Shown here: piece after piece, positions 36,783 to 46,309 of the stretch
Numbering within the stretch: the first letter of the stretch is position 1
How the letters are laid out: each line of letters begins with the position of its first letter
Assembly: GCA_965199495.1 (NCBI GenBank)
Contig: CBDASK010000003.1
Location: forward strand, 3,936,001 to 4,000,000
Direction: 5' to 3'
Length of the DNA: 64,000 nt
Source: Abditibacterium sp.
GTDB lineage: Bacteria; Armatimonadota; Abditibacteriia; Abditibacteriales; Abditibacteriaceae
Notes under the pieces: model-generated
The model's database searches: none
What the model was told of the DNA's origin: nothing
The model's input: only the letters and a program-made list of their open reading frames with translations
Made by a program: the position numbers and the translations under genes

Positions 36783-39665
36783 CTAACCAACGAGCATTCC
36801 AACGTCAATATATTGGCCGCCTTCGGTTTGGTTGCAATGCACCGCGATGATGTTTTTGCCGGGACGCAGGGCGGCGCGTCCCGCGTCAGTCATCGGCAGA
36901 ATCACGTAATTGGTGGTATATTTATCGGCGCTGGCGGCCAATACGCCGTTGATATAAATTTCCACATTTTCATCGTGCGCGCAGATGAAATCAATTTTAT
37001 CCGGCAGTTTGGCGGGAATGGTGACTTCGCGGCGCATCCAGATGTCGGGCGTAGTCCACGGCGTGCGAATCTTGAAGTTGGGATTGGGATCGATGTCTTT
37101 GCCAAAGCCCGCCATGCCCGCTTTCCAGCCGTTGGTTTTGAAGTCGGGCTTCATCCAATTGTCGGCGGGTTTGCTGGTGCTATAAGACCATTGATTGACC
37201 GCATTGATCGCCGTCGGCAGAATGTCGGGTTTGGGATTGGGCGGTAACGGCAGATAGCGACCCTGCGCCGCCGCCGCCGCGATTTTGAGAATCGGCTTGA
37301 CTTTTTTGCGGTCGTAAGTCATCAAGCCGTTGGTCTCCTGCTCGACATCGGTGAGCTGGGTATAAACGAACGCGCTGGAGCCGCGATTATCGCGCAGGGC
37401 GTTGGCTTTGCGCATCAACTCGCGATACTGGCGCGTCAAGTCCCACGAATTACGCGCCTCGCCATAGTTCATTTTGGCGTCGGTATTCCATGTATGTCCG
37501 GTTTCGACCAAACCGATGCCGCCGAACTCGCCATTGACAACGGCGCGTTTGCCGTCGGGCTTGGGCGCGGCGGGCAGGGGATAACTGTGCCCATCGGAGA
37601 TGTCGCCGCTGCTGGTATCCGTCCAGCCACTCGCTTCATTGATCGGACGGCTGGGGTCGAGTTGATGGGTATAATCCACGATGCTCTGCGTGGCGTGCTG
37701 GCCCCAGCCCTCGTTGAATGTCGTCCAGACGATGACCGAAGGATGGTTCGCCAACTGCTCAACCATGTGCTTGAGTTCGGTTTTGAATTGGCCCGCGATT
37801 TCGGGCGACGGGTCGGTGACGAAGCCCTGCGGCATATCCTGCCACACCAAAAGTCCCAACTGATCGGCGTGATAATACCAACGATCCGGCTCGACTTTGG
37901 CGTGCTTGCGGCACATATTAAAGCCCAGTTTTTTCGTCATCTCGATGTCATATTTCAGAGCGTCATCGGTCGGCGCGGTGTAAAGTCCGTCCGGCCAGTA
38001 ACCTTGGTCTAAAACTCCCCGTTGCATCACGAAGCGGTTGTTGAGCATCAAACGCTTGACGCCATTTTTATCGCTTTGCACGCTGGTTTTGCGCATCGCG
38101 AAATAAGAATCCACGCTATCGCCGGGCGCCCCGTTTTGCAGCAGCGAAACGCGCACGTCGTAAAGTTTGGGCGAGTCGGGCGTCCATAACTTCGGATTTT
38201 TAAGCGTCACCCTGATCGGCTTATCGGAATCGCCCGCGACTTTGGCGAGAGTTTTTCCGCCGTCCAGCACTTCAACCGAAACTTTGCTCGCCAGTCCATC
38301 GCCCGTCAAGGCGCTGATTTCGACGGTTCCGTCATCGATATCGGGCACGATGCGCAGACTTTTGATCGATTTTTCCGGCACCGGTTCCAGCCAGACCGTC
38401 TGCCAGATGCCGGTCGAAGCCGTATAATAAATGCCACCCGATGTCTCGCGTTGCTTGCCCATGATCTGCCCGCCTTTTTCATCCAACGGGTTGGTGACCG
38501 CGACTTCCAACTGGTTTTCGCCGGGTTGGAGCGCGTCGGTGATGTCGAAATCGAAACTGTCGTAGCCACCGCGATGCGTGCCTAAAATTTTGTCGTTGAC
38601 TTTGATTCTGGCTTCCCAGTTGACGGCGCCAAAATGCAAAACCACGCGCCCTTTGCCCCAGTCCGCAGGAACGGTGAAACTGCGCCGATACCATAATTTT
38701 TGGGCGGGAATGCTCTTTTTGGCGACGCCCGAAAGCGCCGATTCGTAAGGATAGGGAACCAAAATTTGCCCATCTTTTTCGGCGGGCGCGCTCTTGGCGT
38801 TTTTCTCGGTTAGCGCATAACTCCACAGACCGTTGAGATTTTGCCATTGTTTGCGCACCATTTGCGGGCGCGGGTATTCGGGCAAAACCGCATCGGGTTT
38901 CACCTTTTGAGTCCAATCGGTCAGGATATAACCGCTCACCGGCTTCCAATCCGCGACGGAAACCGAACTGTTCCCGAAGTCGCTGCCAGCGCCGGTGGCT
39001 GCTCCTCGACCTCGCGTCAACATCCAGCCGCCCACGACCAAAACCGCGAGCGCGCCCAGCGCAAGCGGCAAAATCTGCTTGTTTTTAGGGGGCACAACCA
39101 CAGCCGAACTTGTGGTATTGGCAACGCTTGTTGGCGTAGCGGGCGATGGCGCGGATGGCGTCATCGCAGGCGCAGCAGAAACTTGAGCGACGATTTCCTG
39201 CGGCATAATCTGCGTGGGGATTTCGGCGGCCATGCAGTTTTCGCTCACAGCCACGGCGGGCAACATCGCGATTTCCTCATCGTCAATGGCGCTCAGTCCC
39301 GTCACGATTTTTTCGTGCGTCTGTCGCATTCTCTTAATAAACGTCGGATAAGAGATGGCATCGCTGGCGCCCAAAGCGTGGAGTTGCCACTGGGTATCGT
39401 AGGCTTTGCGCGCCTCGGAATCCAGCAAGATGCGGCGACATTGCGGCAACACCTTTTGCAACAAAAGCTGGTAGTAAAATCGCCGTTTCAACTCGCGATG
39501 ATCCGTATTTTGTTGCGCGCGATCATAAAGCAAATTGATCTGTCTGCGCAAAGTTTGAGGAGCCGCTTCCGGCTCGGCTTCCAACAGGGCGTAAAAATCG
39601 GGCCAACGAGTGAGGGGGGAATGTTCGGTTTCTGCCACGGGTTCAAATCTCCAAAGGTCAATCAA
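36783..39665 (-). CDS. Membrane-anchored glycoside hydrolase family 2 with N-terminal J-domain-like region
   Basis: PEYPRPQ, NLNGLW, LHFGAV, GIWQTVWLE, LDQGYWPDG, FNEGWG (acid/base) and GEFGG (nucleophile); TM ILPLALGALAVLVVGGWML; N-terminal DFYALL...ILLDSEARKAYD. Confidence 0.88.
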   Translation of the reverse strand: MIDLWRFEPVAETEHSPLTRWPDFYALLEAEPEAAPQTLRRQINLLYDRAQQNTDHRELKRRFYYQLLLQKVLPQCRRILLDSEARKAYDTQWQLHALGASDAISYPTFIKRMRQTHEKIVTGLSAIDDEEIAMLPAVAVSENCMAAEIPTQIMPQEIVAQVSAAPAMTPSAPSPATPTSVANTTSSAVVVPPKNKQILPLALGALAVLVVGGWMLTRGRGAATGAGSDFGNSSVSVADWKPVSGYILTDWTQKVKPDAVLPEYPRPQMVRKQWQNLNGLWSYALTEKNAKSAPAEKDGQILVPYPYESALSGVAKKSIPAQKLWYRRSFTVPADWGKGRVVLHFGAVNWEARIKVNDKILGTHRGGYDSFDFDITDALQPGENQLEVAVTNPLDEKGGQIMGKQRETSGGIYYTASTGIWQTVWLEPVPEKSIKSLRIVPDIDDGTVEISALTGDGLASKVSVEVLDGGKTLAKVAGDSDKPIRVTLKNPKLWTPDSPKLYDVRVSLLQNGAPGDSVDSYFAMRKTSVQSDKNGVKRLMLNNRFVMQRGVLDQGYWPDGLYTAPTDDALKYDIEMTKKLGFNMCRKHAKVEPDRWYYHADQLGLLVWQDMPQGFVTDPSPEIAGQFKTELKHMVEQLANHPSVIVWTTFNEGWGQHATQSIVDYTHQLDPSRPINEASGWTDTSSGDISDGHSYPLPAAPKPDGKRAVVNGEFGGIGLVETGHTWNTDAKMNYGEARNSWDLTRQYRELMRKANALRDNRGSSAFVYTQLTDVEQETNGLMTYDRKKVKPILKIAAAAAQGRYLPLPPNPKPDILPTAINAVNQWSYSTSKPADNWMKPDFKTNGWKAGMAGFGKDIDPNPNFKIRTPWTTPDIWMRREVTIPAKLPDKIDFICAHDENVEIYINGVLAASADKYTTNYVILPMTDAGRAALRPGKNIIAVHCNQTEGGQYIDVGMLVG

Positions 39666-39801
39666 AAAATAGAAGGCGTTTCGAGGACACGATGTTTAAT
39701 CGTTAATGCTCTCAAAAATTCAAAACTTTCTATTTCACTAATTTGACCTAACGTGAAAAACCGTGTTTTAGAGCGGTTTTAAACAACAAAAAATCGAGGC
39801 A

Positions 39802-40191
39802 CTAAAGTAGCGTCTCGATTTTTTCTTGCACCGTCTTCGGATAAAACGAGCCGGGCCAACCGCTCCAATCCCACGGGATGTCCAGCACGCCTTCTTTAAG
39901 CGTGAACTCCTGAATATTGGCGACGGTGCCGTTGGAAACACGAATCTGTTTTACGCCTTCTTGCACGGCTTCGACGCCGATGTCGTCAACAGTAATTTTC
40001 TTGAAGATGTCATTGATGACGCGAAAGCATTTTTCTTCGAGATTTTCCAGCGCCTTGATGTCATGCAGGAAACTTTCCCAGATGATTTCGTAGGAAATCT
40101 GATCGCCAGCGATCTTCTGGAGTTCAGCTTCGTAACGGGGCACCACGTTGTCGCGAATGTTAGCGATGGCTCTTTTTTCAATCAATCCCAT
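39802..40191 (-). CDS. Hypothetical protein (129 aa)
   Basis: Plausible globular composition MGLIEKRAI...; no function recognised. Confidence 0.7.
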   Translation of the reverse strand: MGLIEKRAIANIRDNVVPRYEAELQKIAGDQISYEIIWESFLHDIKALENLEEKCFRVINDIFKKITVDDIGVEAVQEGVKQIRVSNGTVANIQEFTLKEGVLDIPWDWSGWPGSFYPKTVQEKIETLL

Positions 40192-40313
40192 TGGTTTTTA
40201 ATTCCTTGTCCGGTTCGTTTGCGCACGAACCCGCTCGCTCACGAACAATCCCTTTTATTTTAACTGATTTGCCCGCCCTGACGAAATTTGCCGTCCTCTC
40301 CAATTCCGTCCAT

Positions 40314-41210
40314 TCACGCCATCACGCTTTGCAGATAGGTTTCACTGCGTCTCATCATTTCAGTTACGCCCCAATTCGGCAAACCGAACTCGGCCCACGG
40401 ACGATAAAACTCCGGTTCCGGCAGACAAAAATCCAAAATCGAAGCCACGTCCCAATGCGCATGATGCACCCCGCCCGCGATTTCGAGATACGCATCACGA
40501 AACGCGTCGGCACTTTCGACGCCAAACATCAGCGCGAGATTGGTGCGACAATGAGCCACATCCACGCCGCGCGGCCCGATGCAAGCGTTGACCCAATCCA
40601 CCACGCCGCTCACTTTGCCGTTGCGCCACAAAACATTACACGGATGGAAATCGCGATGTATAAACACCGCTTTTTCGTTTGGCGCTCCGGCGCGCCAAAA
40701 CTCAATCGCGCGTTGCCACAATTGCGGTTGCTCCGTCCAATTCGGCACGCGCAAATTTTCTTCGTCTACCCAACTCGTCCAATTCCAGCCGAAATATTTC
40801 GGCTTATGCACATGAATTTTCGCCAAAGTTTGCGCTAATTGTGCGCACCAATCCAATAAATCATCGGGTTGCAGTTCGACGTGGCCGCTTAAACGCGACA
40901 TCAATACAACAGGCGCGCCAAACCCGACTTCGTGAGACGCGACGCAAATTAGTTTAGGCGCAATCACCTCACAATTTTTCGCTTCTTTCATTCCATTCGC
41001 CTCCCGAAACGGCAAATCGGGTTCGCGCCTCAGCCATTGCTCGTCGGTAAAAACACGCAACACGAACTGACGCGATTTCGGTTTATGCGCGTTTGCGATG
41101 GCGTAAACCGCCGACGAATTGGCGCCGGGCAATTCCGAGATTTGCAACGAATCAACGGGAATTTTAGTCTCAAGCGCGAGCCAATCGAGCGCATCATGGT
41201 TGAAAGTCAT
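40314..41210 (-). CDS. Aminoglycoside-phosphotransferase/choline-kinase-like (APH family) protein
   Basis: FVLR, HRDFHPCNVL Brenner motif, VVDW. Confidence 0.85.
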   Translation of the reverse strand: MTFNHDALDWLALETKIPVDSLQISELPGANSSAVYAIANAHKPKSRQFVLRVFTDEQWLRREPDLPFREANGMKEAKNCEVIAPKLICVASHEVGFGAPVVLMSRLSGHVELQPDDLLDWCAQLAQTLAKIHVHKPKYFGWNWTSWVDEENLRVPNWTEQPQLWQRAIEFWRAGAPNEKAVFIHRDFHPCNVLWRNGKVSGVVDWVNACIGPRGVDVAHCRTNLALMFGVESADAFRDAYLEIAGGVHHAHWDVASILDFCLPEPEFYRPWAEFGLPNWGVTEMMRRSETYLQSVMA

Positions 41211-41245
41211 GGATAAAAGATTAACATCGGGCGTGCCAAACGATT

Positions 41246-42322
41246 TCAGTTGAGCGAAACTTTCAAGCGTTTCACGCCAGTTTCATCGCCCGCCAACAAT
41301 GTTTGTTTATCCAGCCACGCGACGACGCGCGCGGTTTGCTTGAACTGTCGAACTATCACACCGGTTTTGATTTCGCGAATTTCGATGGAGCCGCTTTTGT
41401 CGTTGGTGCGCAAACCCACTAAAAACCGCGCGTCGGGCGAGAAATCTTGAATCGTAAAAAACGTTCCCCGCTCATCGTCGCTTTTGAAGCGCCGCGTGAG
41501 CTTTGATTTTCGCAGATCATAGGTGAAAATAAAACTGCCCTTATCGCCCGGAATTGTGCCCGCCAACAAACGTCCGTCGCGCGAAAACGCGAACTCGCTC
41601 CAAGTCGAACCTATCGCGATATTGCGCGTTTTCCCGCCCGACAGCGAGTAAATCGTGTAACCATCATAACCCTCAAATCCATCCGAAGTCACGAGCCAGC
41701 GCCCATTGGGCGAAAAGCGGATGGCGGCACTGAGCGATGACCAATCGCCGCCCGGTGGACTCTTTAAATTCGATTTCTTCCATGTCTTGGTATCGTAAAT
41801 TAAAAGGCCCTCCGCCTGCAAAGCCATCGCGATGCTGCGCCCATCGGACGAGTAAGCGAGCGGAGCGCGCGTTTCGTTGTGCGGAGTTTTGCTCTGATGT
41901 AAGAGCTTCCCAGATTTCCAATTCCACACCAAAAATTGGTCTGCACTGCTCGTCATCGCGATGTTCTTTCCATCCGGCGAAAACGCCAGATGACGCACGC
42001 TGCCAGCAACTTTCCAAGTTTTGACCACGCGATTATTGGCACAATCGCGCACCGAGATGCTGCCTTTATCCGGCCATTGCAACAGCCCAATCGCCAACCA
42101 TTTTCGGTCGGGCGAAAACTCGACATCGCGCACATCAAGTCGGGGAGCGACATACGGTTCGGTCTTTGGCTTAGGCGTTGGCTTCATAGCAACGTCTACC
42201 CCTATCGAATTATCTGGCGTCGGCGCGGGCGTAACAGCCACGTCGCCCACTTGCTGGCGCGCACATCCGCCGTTGACGAGTAATATTGAAGCCAATGAGA
42301 AGAGCAGAAAGTTGAGTTTCAT
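41246..42322 (-). CDS. WD40-repeat lipoprotein
   Basis: VNGG-C lipobox; repeated (F/Y)SPDG blades. Confidence 0.85.
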   Translation of the reverse strand: MKLNFLLFSLASILLVNGGCARQQVGDVAVTPAPTPDNSIGVDVAMKPTPKPKTEPYVAPRLDVRDVEFSPDRKWLAIGLLQWPDKGSISVRDCANNRVVKTWKVAGSVRHLAFSPDGKNIAMTSSADQFLVWNWKSGKLLHQSKTPHNETRAPLAYSSDGRSIAMALQAEGLLIYDTKTWKKSNLKSPPGGDWSSLSAAIRFSPNGRWLVTSDGFEGYDGYTIYSLSGGKTRNIAIGSTWSEFAFSRDGRLLAGTIPGDKGSFIFTYDLRKSKLTRRFKSDDERGTFFTIQDFSPDARFLVGLRTNDKSGSIEIREIKTGVIVRQFKQTARVVAWLDKQTLLAGDETGVKRLKVSLN

Positions 42323-42339
42323 GATTATCGAAAGCGCGA

Positions 42340-43434
42340 TTATTTCCGGTTTATCGCCAGTTTGCGCACGCCGTCTACATCGCCCGCCAACAAAGTTTTG
42401 TTGTCGAGCCAGACCAACGCTATTGCTGGATCATCCATTTTTCTGACGCGCTTGCCGGTTACGATATTCCAAATTTCGACTTGGCTGACTTTACGTCCAT
42501 TGATGCCCACCAGCAGTTGCTGATTGGGCGAAATGTCCTGAGCGTCAAAGAAATCCTCGGTTTTCAGAGTGCGCTTGACTTTGAGAGTTCGCGTATCGAA
42601 CACAAAAGTTCCATCTCCCATGTTCGCTCGCCCTTTGCCCGTTTCTAAGGGGGCGCCGTTTCCAATAAACAATTTCGAGTCGCGTGTAAACAGCGGCTCA
42701 TCATAAGGCATGAAATAGGAAAAATCTCGCGATTTGCCGCTCGGAATTGCATAAGCCGTAAAGCCAGAAACACCCTCAAATCCATCCGAAATTAACAAAG
42801 TTCGCCCATCGGGAGAATACGAAATGTGGTTCGCCATTTCGATATACGAATTACGCGTTTTTAGCGGACGGCTCTTCCAAGTTTTCGTATCGAATAGCGG
42901 GATATTGGGAACACCAACCGCGATAGTGCGCCCGTCGGGCGAGTAATCGAGCGGCATGCGTCCTCTATTATCATCGCCGCCGTTGAGCGTGCCCTGATAC
43001 AAAAGTTTTTTGGTTCGCCAGTTCCACACCAGAATTTTGTCATCCGCTCCGGTGATGGCGATCTGTTTCCCATCGGGCGACCACGCCAGAAAGCGCACGC
43101 CACCCGACACTTTCCACCTTTTGACAACGCGATTAGAAGCGCAATCTCGCACCGTAATGAAGCCGTCTATTGAAGCGCTATTGCGCAAAGTTCCCACCAC
43201 CAAATACTTTCGATTCGGCGAAAACTCGACCGCGCGCACCTCGCCCAAATATTCTTCAGGCGTAGGTGTCGGCGTCGGAGCCATCTGTTCGGATTCGACT
43301 TGAGTCGTCGCGCGAGATGTTGGCCGCGAAGTCGGCGTGGCTGCTGTTGTCGCTCGCTTGTCGGTGCAGCCACCGGCAACCAATGCGGCTGTAAACAAAA
43401 TCAAACATAACAAATAGCGCGGCGAAATTTCCAT
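42340..43434 (-). CDS. WD40-repeat lipoprotein (tandem paralog)
   Basis: VAGG-C lipobox; VRDCA.NRVVK.WKV and WLD..TLLAGD shared with the neighbour. Confidence 0.85.
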   Translation of the reverse strand: MEISPRYLLCLILFTAALVAGGCTDKRATTAATPTSRPTSRATTQVESEQMAPTPTPTPEEYLGEVRAVEFSPNRKYLVVGTLRNSASIDGFITVRDCASNRVVKRWKVSGGVRFLAWSPDGKQIAITGADDKILVWNWRTKKLLYQGTLNGGDDNRGRMPLDYSPDGRTIAVGVPNIPLFDTKTWKSRPLKTRNSYIEMANHISYSPDGRTLLISDGFEGVSGFTAYAIPSGKSRDFSYFMPYDEPLFTRDSKLFIGNGAPLETGKGRANMGDGTFVFDTRTLKVKRTLKTEDFFDAQDISPNQQLLVGINGRKVSQVEIWNIVTGKRVRKMDDPAIALVWLDNKTLLAGDVDGVRKLAINRK

Positions 43435-43493
43435 AGATTAAAAATTAACATATTATGAATAAGGGCGCAAGTCGTTCGCTTGGCGTATAAATA

Positions 43494-44355
43494 ACCAATG
43501 GTGCGGGTGTGCGAAGGAGTCATCGGGACGGCAAACTTTGAGGTTGACCAAAACACCAAAGAGCCTCCCCGATGACCACAATTGATTTTACCATTGCCCT
43601 GTTTTGCCGTGTCGATGATGGGTTATTCGACCAAGAGAAACACCCGTTTTCCCTGCTTCATCCCAGCGAAGTTGTGACACTGGCGATGCTGCAAGTGCTG
43701 CGCGGCGAAGGCAATCGCGCTTTTGATCGTTGGGTGCGGCGCGAGTTAGGCCCGCTCTTTCCCCGGCTGCCCGAACGCACACGCCTGTTCCGTTTGTTCG
43801 TCACTTATCAAGCACTCTGTCAACGTTTTCTGGCCACAGCCACGCTCTTTGGCGTGGTGGACTCCTACGGCATCGAGCTTGTGCATCCCTGGCGCGAGCG
43901 GCACACTCAGCGCGAGATTGCGCGCAAAGGCAAGAGTCTGCACCGTTGGATTGTTGGGGCCAAAATCTGCGTATTGACCGATAATCTGGGGCGCATCGTG
44001 GGCTTTCGCGTGGATGGGGCGGGCGTGCATGACAGCGCCTTTCACCCGCTCATCGAGTCGGTCAAAGAGCAGATGATCGTGTTTAGCGACGGAGGCTTCC
44101 ACGCCCGTGGGGGCGACCCAGAAAACCTGAAGATCTGCCGCAAGGGGCAGTGGAACGACCGTATGATCGTCGAGACGCTCTTCTCTTTGTTCACAACCGT
44201 CTTGAGGATGAAGAAGCTCGCCCATCGGTTGCTTGAACCGCTCAAAGCCCGATTGGCTTATACCTGCGCCGTCTGTAATATCTGCTTCGATTGGGACGGA
44301 AAAACCGAACTGCGTTTGGCCCAGTTTAAGCTCTAAAGACACCCGCACCATTGGT
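43494..44355 (+). mobile_element. Complete insertion sequence, probably IS982 family (862 bp)
   Basis: 17-bp perfect TIRs accaatggtgcgggtgt (43494-43510) / acacccgcaccattggt (44339-44355); 6-bp direct repeat TAAATA at 43488-43493 and 44356-44361. Confidence 0.92.
43572..44336 (+). CDS. DDE transposase (IS982-like)
   Basis: SEVVTL, LFPRLPERTRL, VVDS (D), SDGGF (D), RMIVETLFS (E). Confidence 0.85.
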   Translation: MTTIDFTIALFCRVDDGLFDQEKHPFSLLHPSEVVTLAMLQVLRGEGNRAFDRWVRRELGPLFPRLPERTRLFRLFVTYQALCQRFLATATLFGVVDSYGIELVHPWRERHTQREIARKGKSLHRWIVGAKICVLTDNLGRIVGFRVDGAGVHDSAFHPLIESVKEQMIVFSDGGFHARGGDPENLKICRKGQWNDRMIVETLFSLFTTVLRMKKLAHRLLEPLKARLAYTCAVCNICFDWDGKTELRLAQFKL

Positions 44356-44380
44356 TAAATAGCGATTGGGCCGCGAAAAT

Positions 44381-45331
44381 ATGAGATTATTCGGTATAGA
44401 CTTCATCGGCGTCAACGCCGAAAACGGGCGCAAACTGTTGATTTCCCTCGCGCTCATCGCGATTATTTTGCTCCTCGGTTGGGTGTTGCGCCGCTTGGCT
44501 AATTTGGTTTTGGGGCGCGACAGCCAACAAAAAACTCGCTTTTGGACGCAGCAGGGCATCGGTTTATTCACCACGATTCTGTTGCTTATTTCGATTGTTT
44601 CGGTTTGGTTCGACGATCCGACTCGACTGACGACGGCAATTGGACTTATCAGCGCGGGGTTGGCGTTTGCGTTGCAAAAAGTCGTGACTTCCATCGCCGG
44701 TTATTTCGTGATTTTGCGCGGCAAAAACTTCACTATTGGCGACCGCATTTCGATGGGTGGCGTGCGCGGCGACGTGATTGGGCTGGGTTTCATCCAAACC
44801 ACGATTATGGAAATGGGCCAACCACCCGCCGTGCAGAGCGCCGACCCCGCCGTTTGGGTGAAAAGCCGCCAGTTCACCGGGCGCATTGTTTCGGTGGCCA
44901 ACGCCAACATTTTCGACGAACCGGTTTTTAATTATACCCGCGATTTCCCGTTTATCTGGGAAGAAATCACGATTCCGATTACTTATCAGGACAAGCGCGT
45001 CAAAGCCGAAGAGATACTTTTGGCGGCGACTAAAAAGCACGTTTTGAAAATCAGCGAAATCAGCGAAACCGCCGTGAAGAAATTGGAAAAAGAATACTTC
45101 GTCAATATCAAAGATTTCGAGCCGCGCGTTTATTATCGTATCACCGATAACTGGCTCGAACTTTCGGTGCGCTTCATCGTGGGCGAACATAACATTCGCG
45201 GCATCAAAGACCAGATCAGCCGCGAAATTTTGCAGGAGTTCGACGCCAACGGCATCGGCATCGCCTCGGCGACTTACGATATCGTCGGTTTCCCGCCGCT
45301 ACGCTACGAAAATAAAGTGCCGGGCGAATAA
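44381..45331 (+). CDS. mscS: Small-conductance mechanosensitive channel family protein
   Basis: Three TM helices, GLAFALQ, F.IGDRI.MGG.RGDV, NYTR and C-terminal GIGIAS. Confidence 0.88.
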   Translation: MRLFGIDFIGVNAENGRKLLISLALIAIILLLGWVLRRLANLVLGRDSQQKTRFWTQQGIGLFTTILLLISIVSVWFDDPTRLTTAIGLISAGLAFALQKVVTSIAGYFVILRGKNFTIGDRISMGGVRGDVIGLGFIQTTIMEMGQPPAVQSADPAVWVKSRQFTGRIVSVANANIFDEPVFNYTRDFPFIWEEITIPITYQDKRVKAEEILLAATKKHVLKISEISETAVKKLEKEYFVNIKDFEPRVYYRITDNWLELSVRFIVGEHNIRGIKDQISREILQEFDANGIGIASATYDIVGFPPLRYENKVPGE

Positions 45332-45449
45332 ATTCGCGGCAACATTGAGCAAAGTCCGCCTGCGCGGACTGAAATTATTACGTCAAAGAATTTGCCCGCA
45401 GTCCGCGCAGGCGGACTTTGCTCAATGTTGCCGCGAATTTATTCGCTCG
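45321..45449. repeat. Inverted-repeat element (AGTCCGCGCAGGCGGACT family) overlapping the mscS stop
   Basis: gcgaataaattcgcggcaacattgagcaaagtccgcctgcgcggactg ... cagtccgcgcaggcggactttgctcaatgttgccgcgaatttattcgc. Confidence 0.93.
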
Positions 45450-45473
45450 CAGACCTACAAAGCCAACCTATAA

Positions 45474-46115
45474 CTACTTCGATTCCTGCTTCATCCGGTA
45501 AATTACTTTCACCAAACTTTCGGCGTCGGGCGCGTTTTCGGTTGACAAAGCATCGCCGACCAATTTTTCGGCTTCGGCGCGTTTGTGACCGAGCATCATC
45601 AGCAATTGCAGCGCTTCTTCGGCGACATCGGAGTGCGCGCCCAGCGCGGCTTGGCGCGCGCGTTCGTCCATGTCGCCGTCTTGCATCAAGGCGAATTTGG
45701 CCAGTTTGCCTTGCAACGTCGCGATAATGTCGCGCGCCTTTTGCTTGCCGACACCCGGCAAACTCAACAATAAAGTCGTGTTGGCGCTTTCGATGGCGCT
45801 GGCGAGGGTCGAAACCGGGCGCGCAAATGTCGAAAGTCCCGATTTCGGCCCCATGCGCGGCACCAGCAATAATTTCTCGAAAAACTCGCGTTCGATAGAG
45901 TTCTGGAAACCCAACAGCGTCGGCGTGGCTCTGTTCTGGTCTATCTGCAAATAATACATCGTTTCCAGAGTCAGCTTTTCGCCAATCGGCATCGTTTCCA
46001 ATGCTTTGGCCACGATGAGCGGCACGAACACTTCGTAAGTCAGGCCGCCGGAAGTCTCGATGTGCAGCGAATTGTCGCCGCGCCCGGCGAAGGTGCCGGA
46101 AATTTTGGAAATCAT
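45474..46115 (-). CDS. ruvA: Holliday junction branch migration protein RuvA
   Basis: MISKISG, GGLTYEV, LLGF...EREFFEKLLLVPRMGPK, LPGVGKQKA, EEALQLLMMLG. Confidence 0.9.
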   Translation of the reverse strand: MISKISGTFAGRGDNSLHIETSGGLTYEVFVPLIVAKALETMPIGEKLTLETMYYLQIDQNRATPTLLGFQNSIEREFFEKLLLVPRMGPKSGLSTFARPVSTLASAIESANTTLLLSLPGVGKQKARDIIATLQGKLAKFALMQDGDMDERARQAALGAHSDVAEEALQLLMMLGHKRAEAEKLVGDALSTENAPDAESLVKVIYRMKQESK

Positions 46116-46309
46116 AAAGCAAGCTTTAGTTTAAACGTTGCCGCAATCCCGGTGAGACGCCAATTTATCGCGTCTCAAGCGCTGAACTGAGTTCAACTTA
46201 CGGCAGTTCCAATTCCTAAAACGCAAGAAATCGACGTTTCTGCGGCGAATAAAAATCTGGCCGCTCGATTTCGATCAAAGCAAATTTAACCCCAATTCAT
46301 CGTTCGCAC

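Noticed and set aside
40314..41210. Antibiotic resistance call for the APH-family gene (and vanX for 62057)
   Set aside because: Only superfamily motifs are visible; there is no resistance-cluster context
46183..46195. TGAAC-TGA-GTTCA palindrome upstream of ruvA as an SOS box
   Set aside because: The spacer is 3 nt rather than the 4 nt of GAAC-N4-GTTC LexA boxes; single instance
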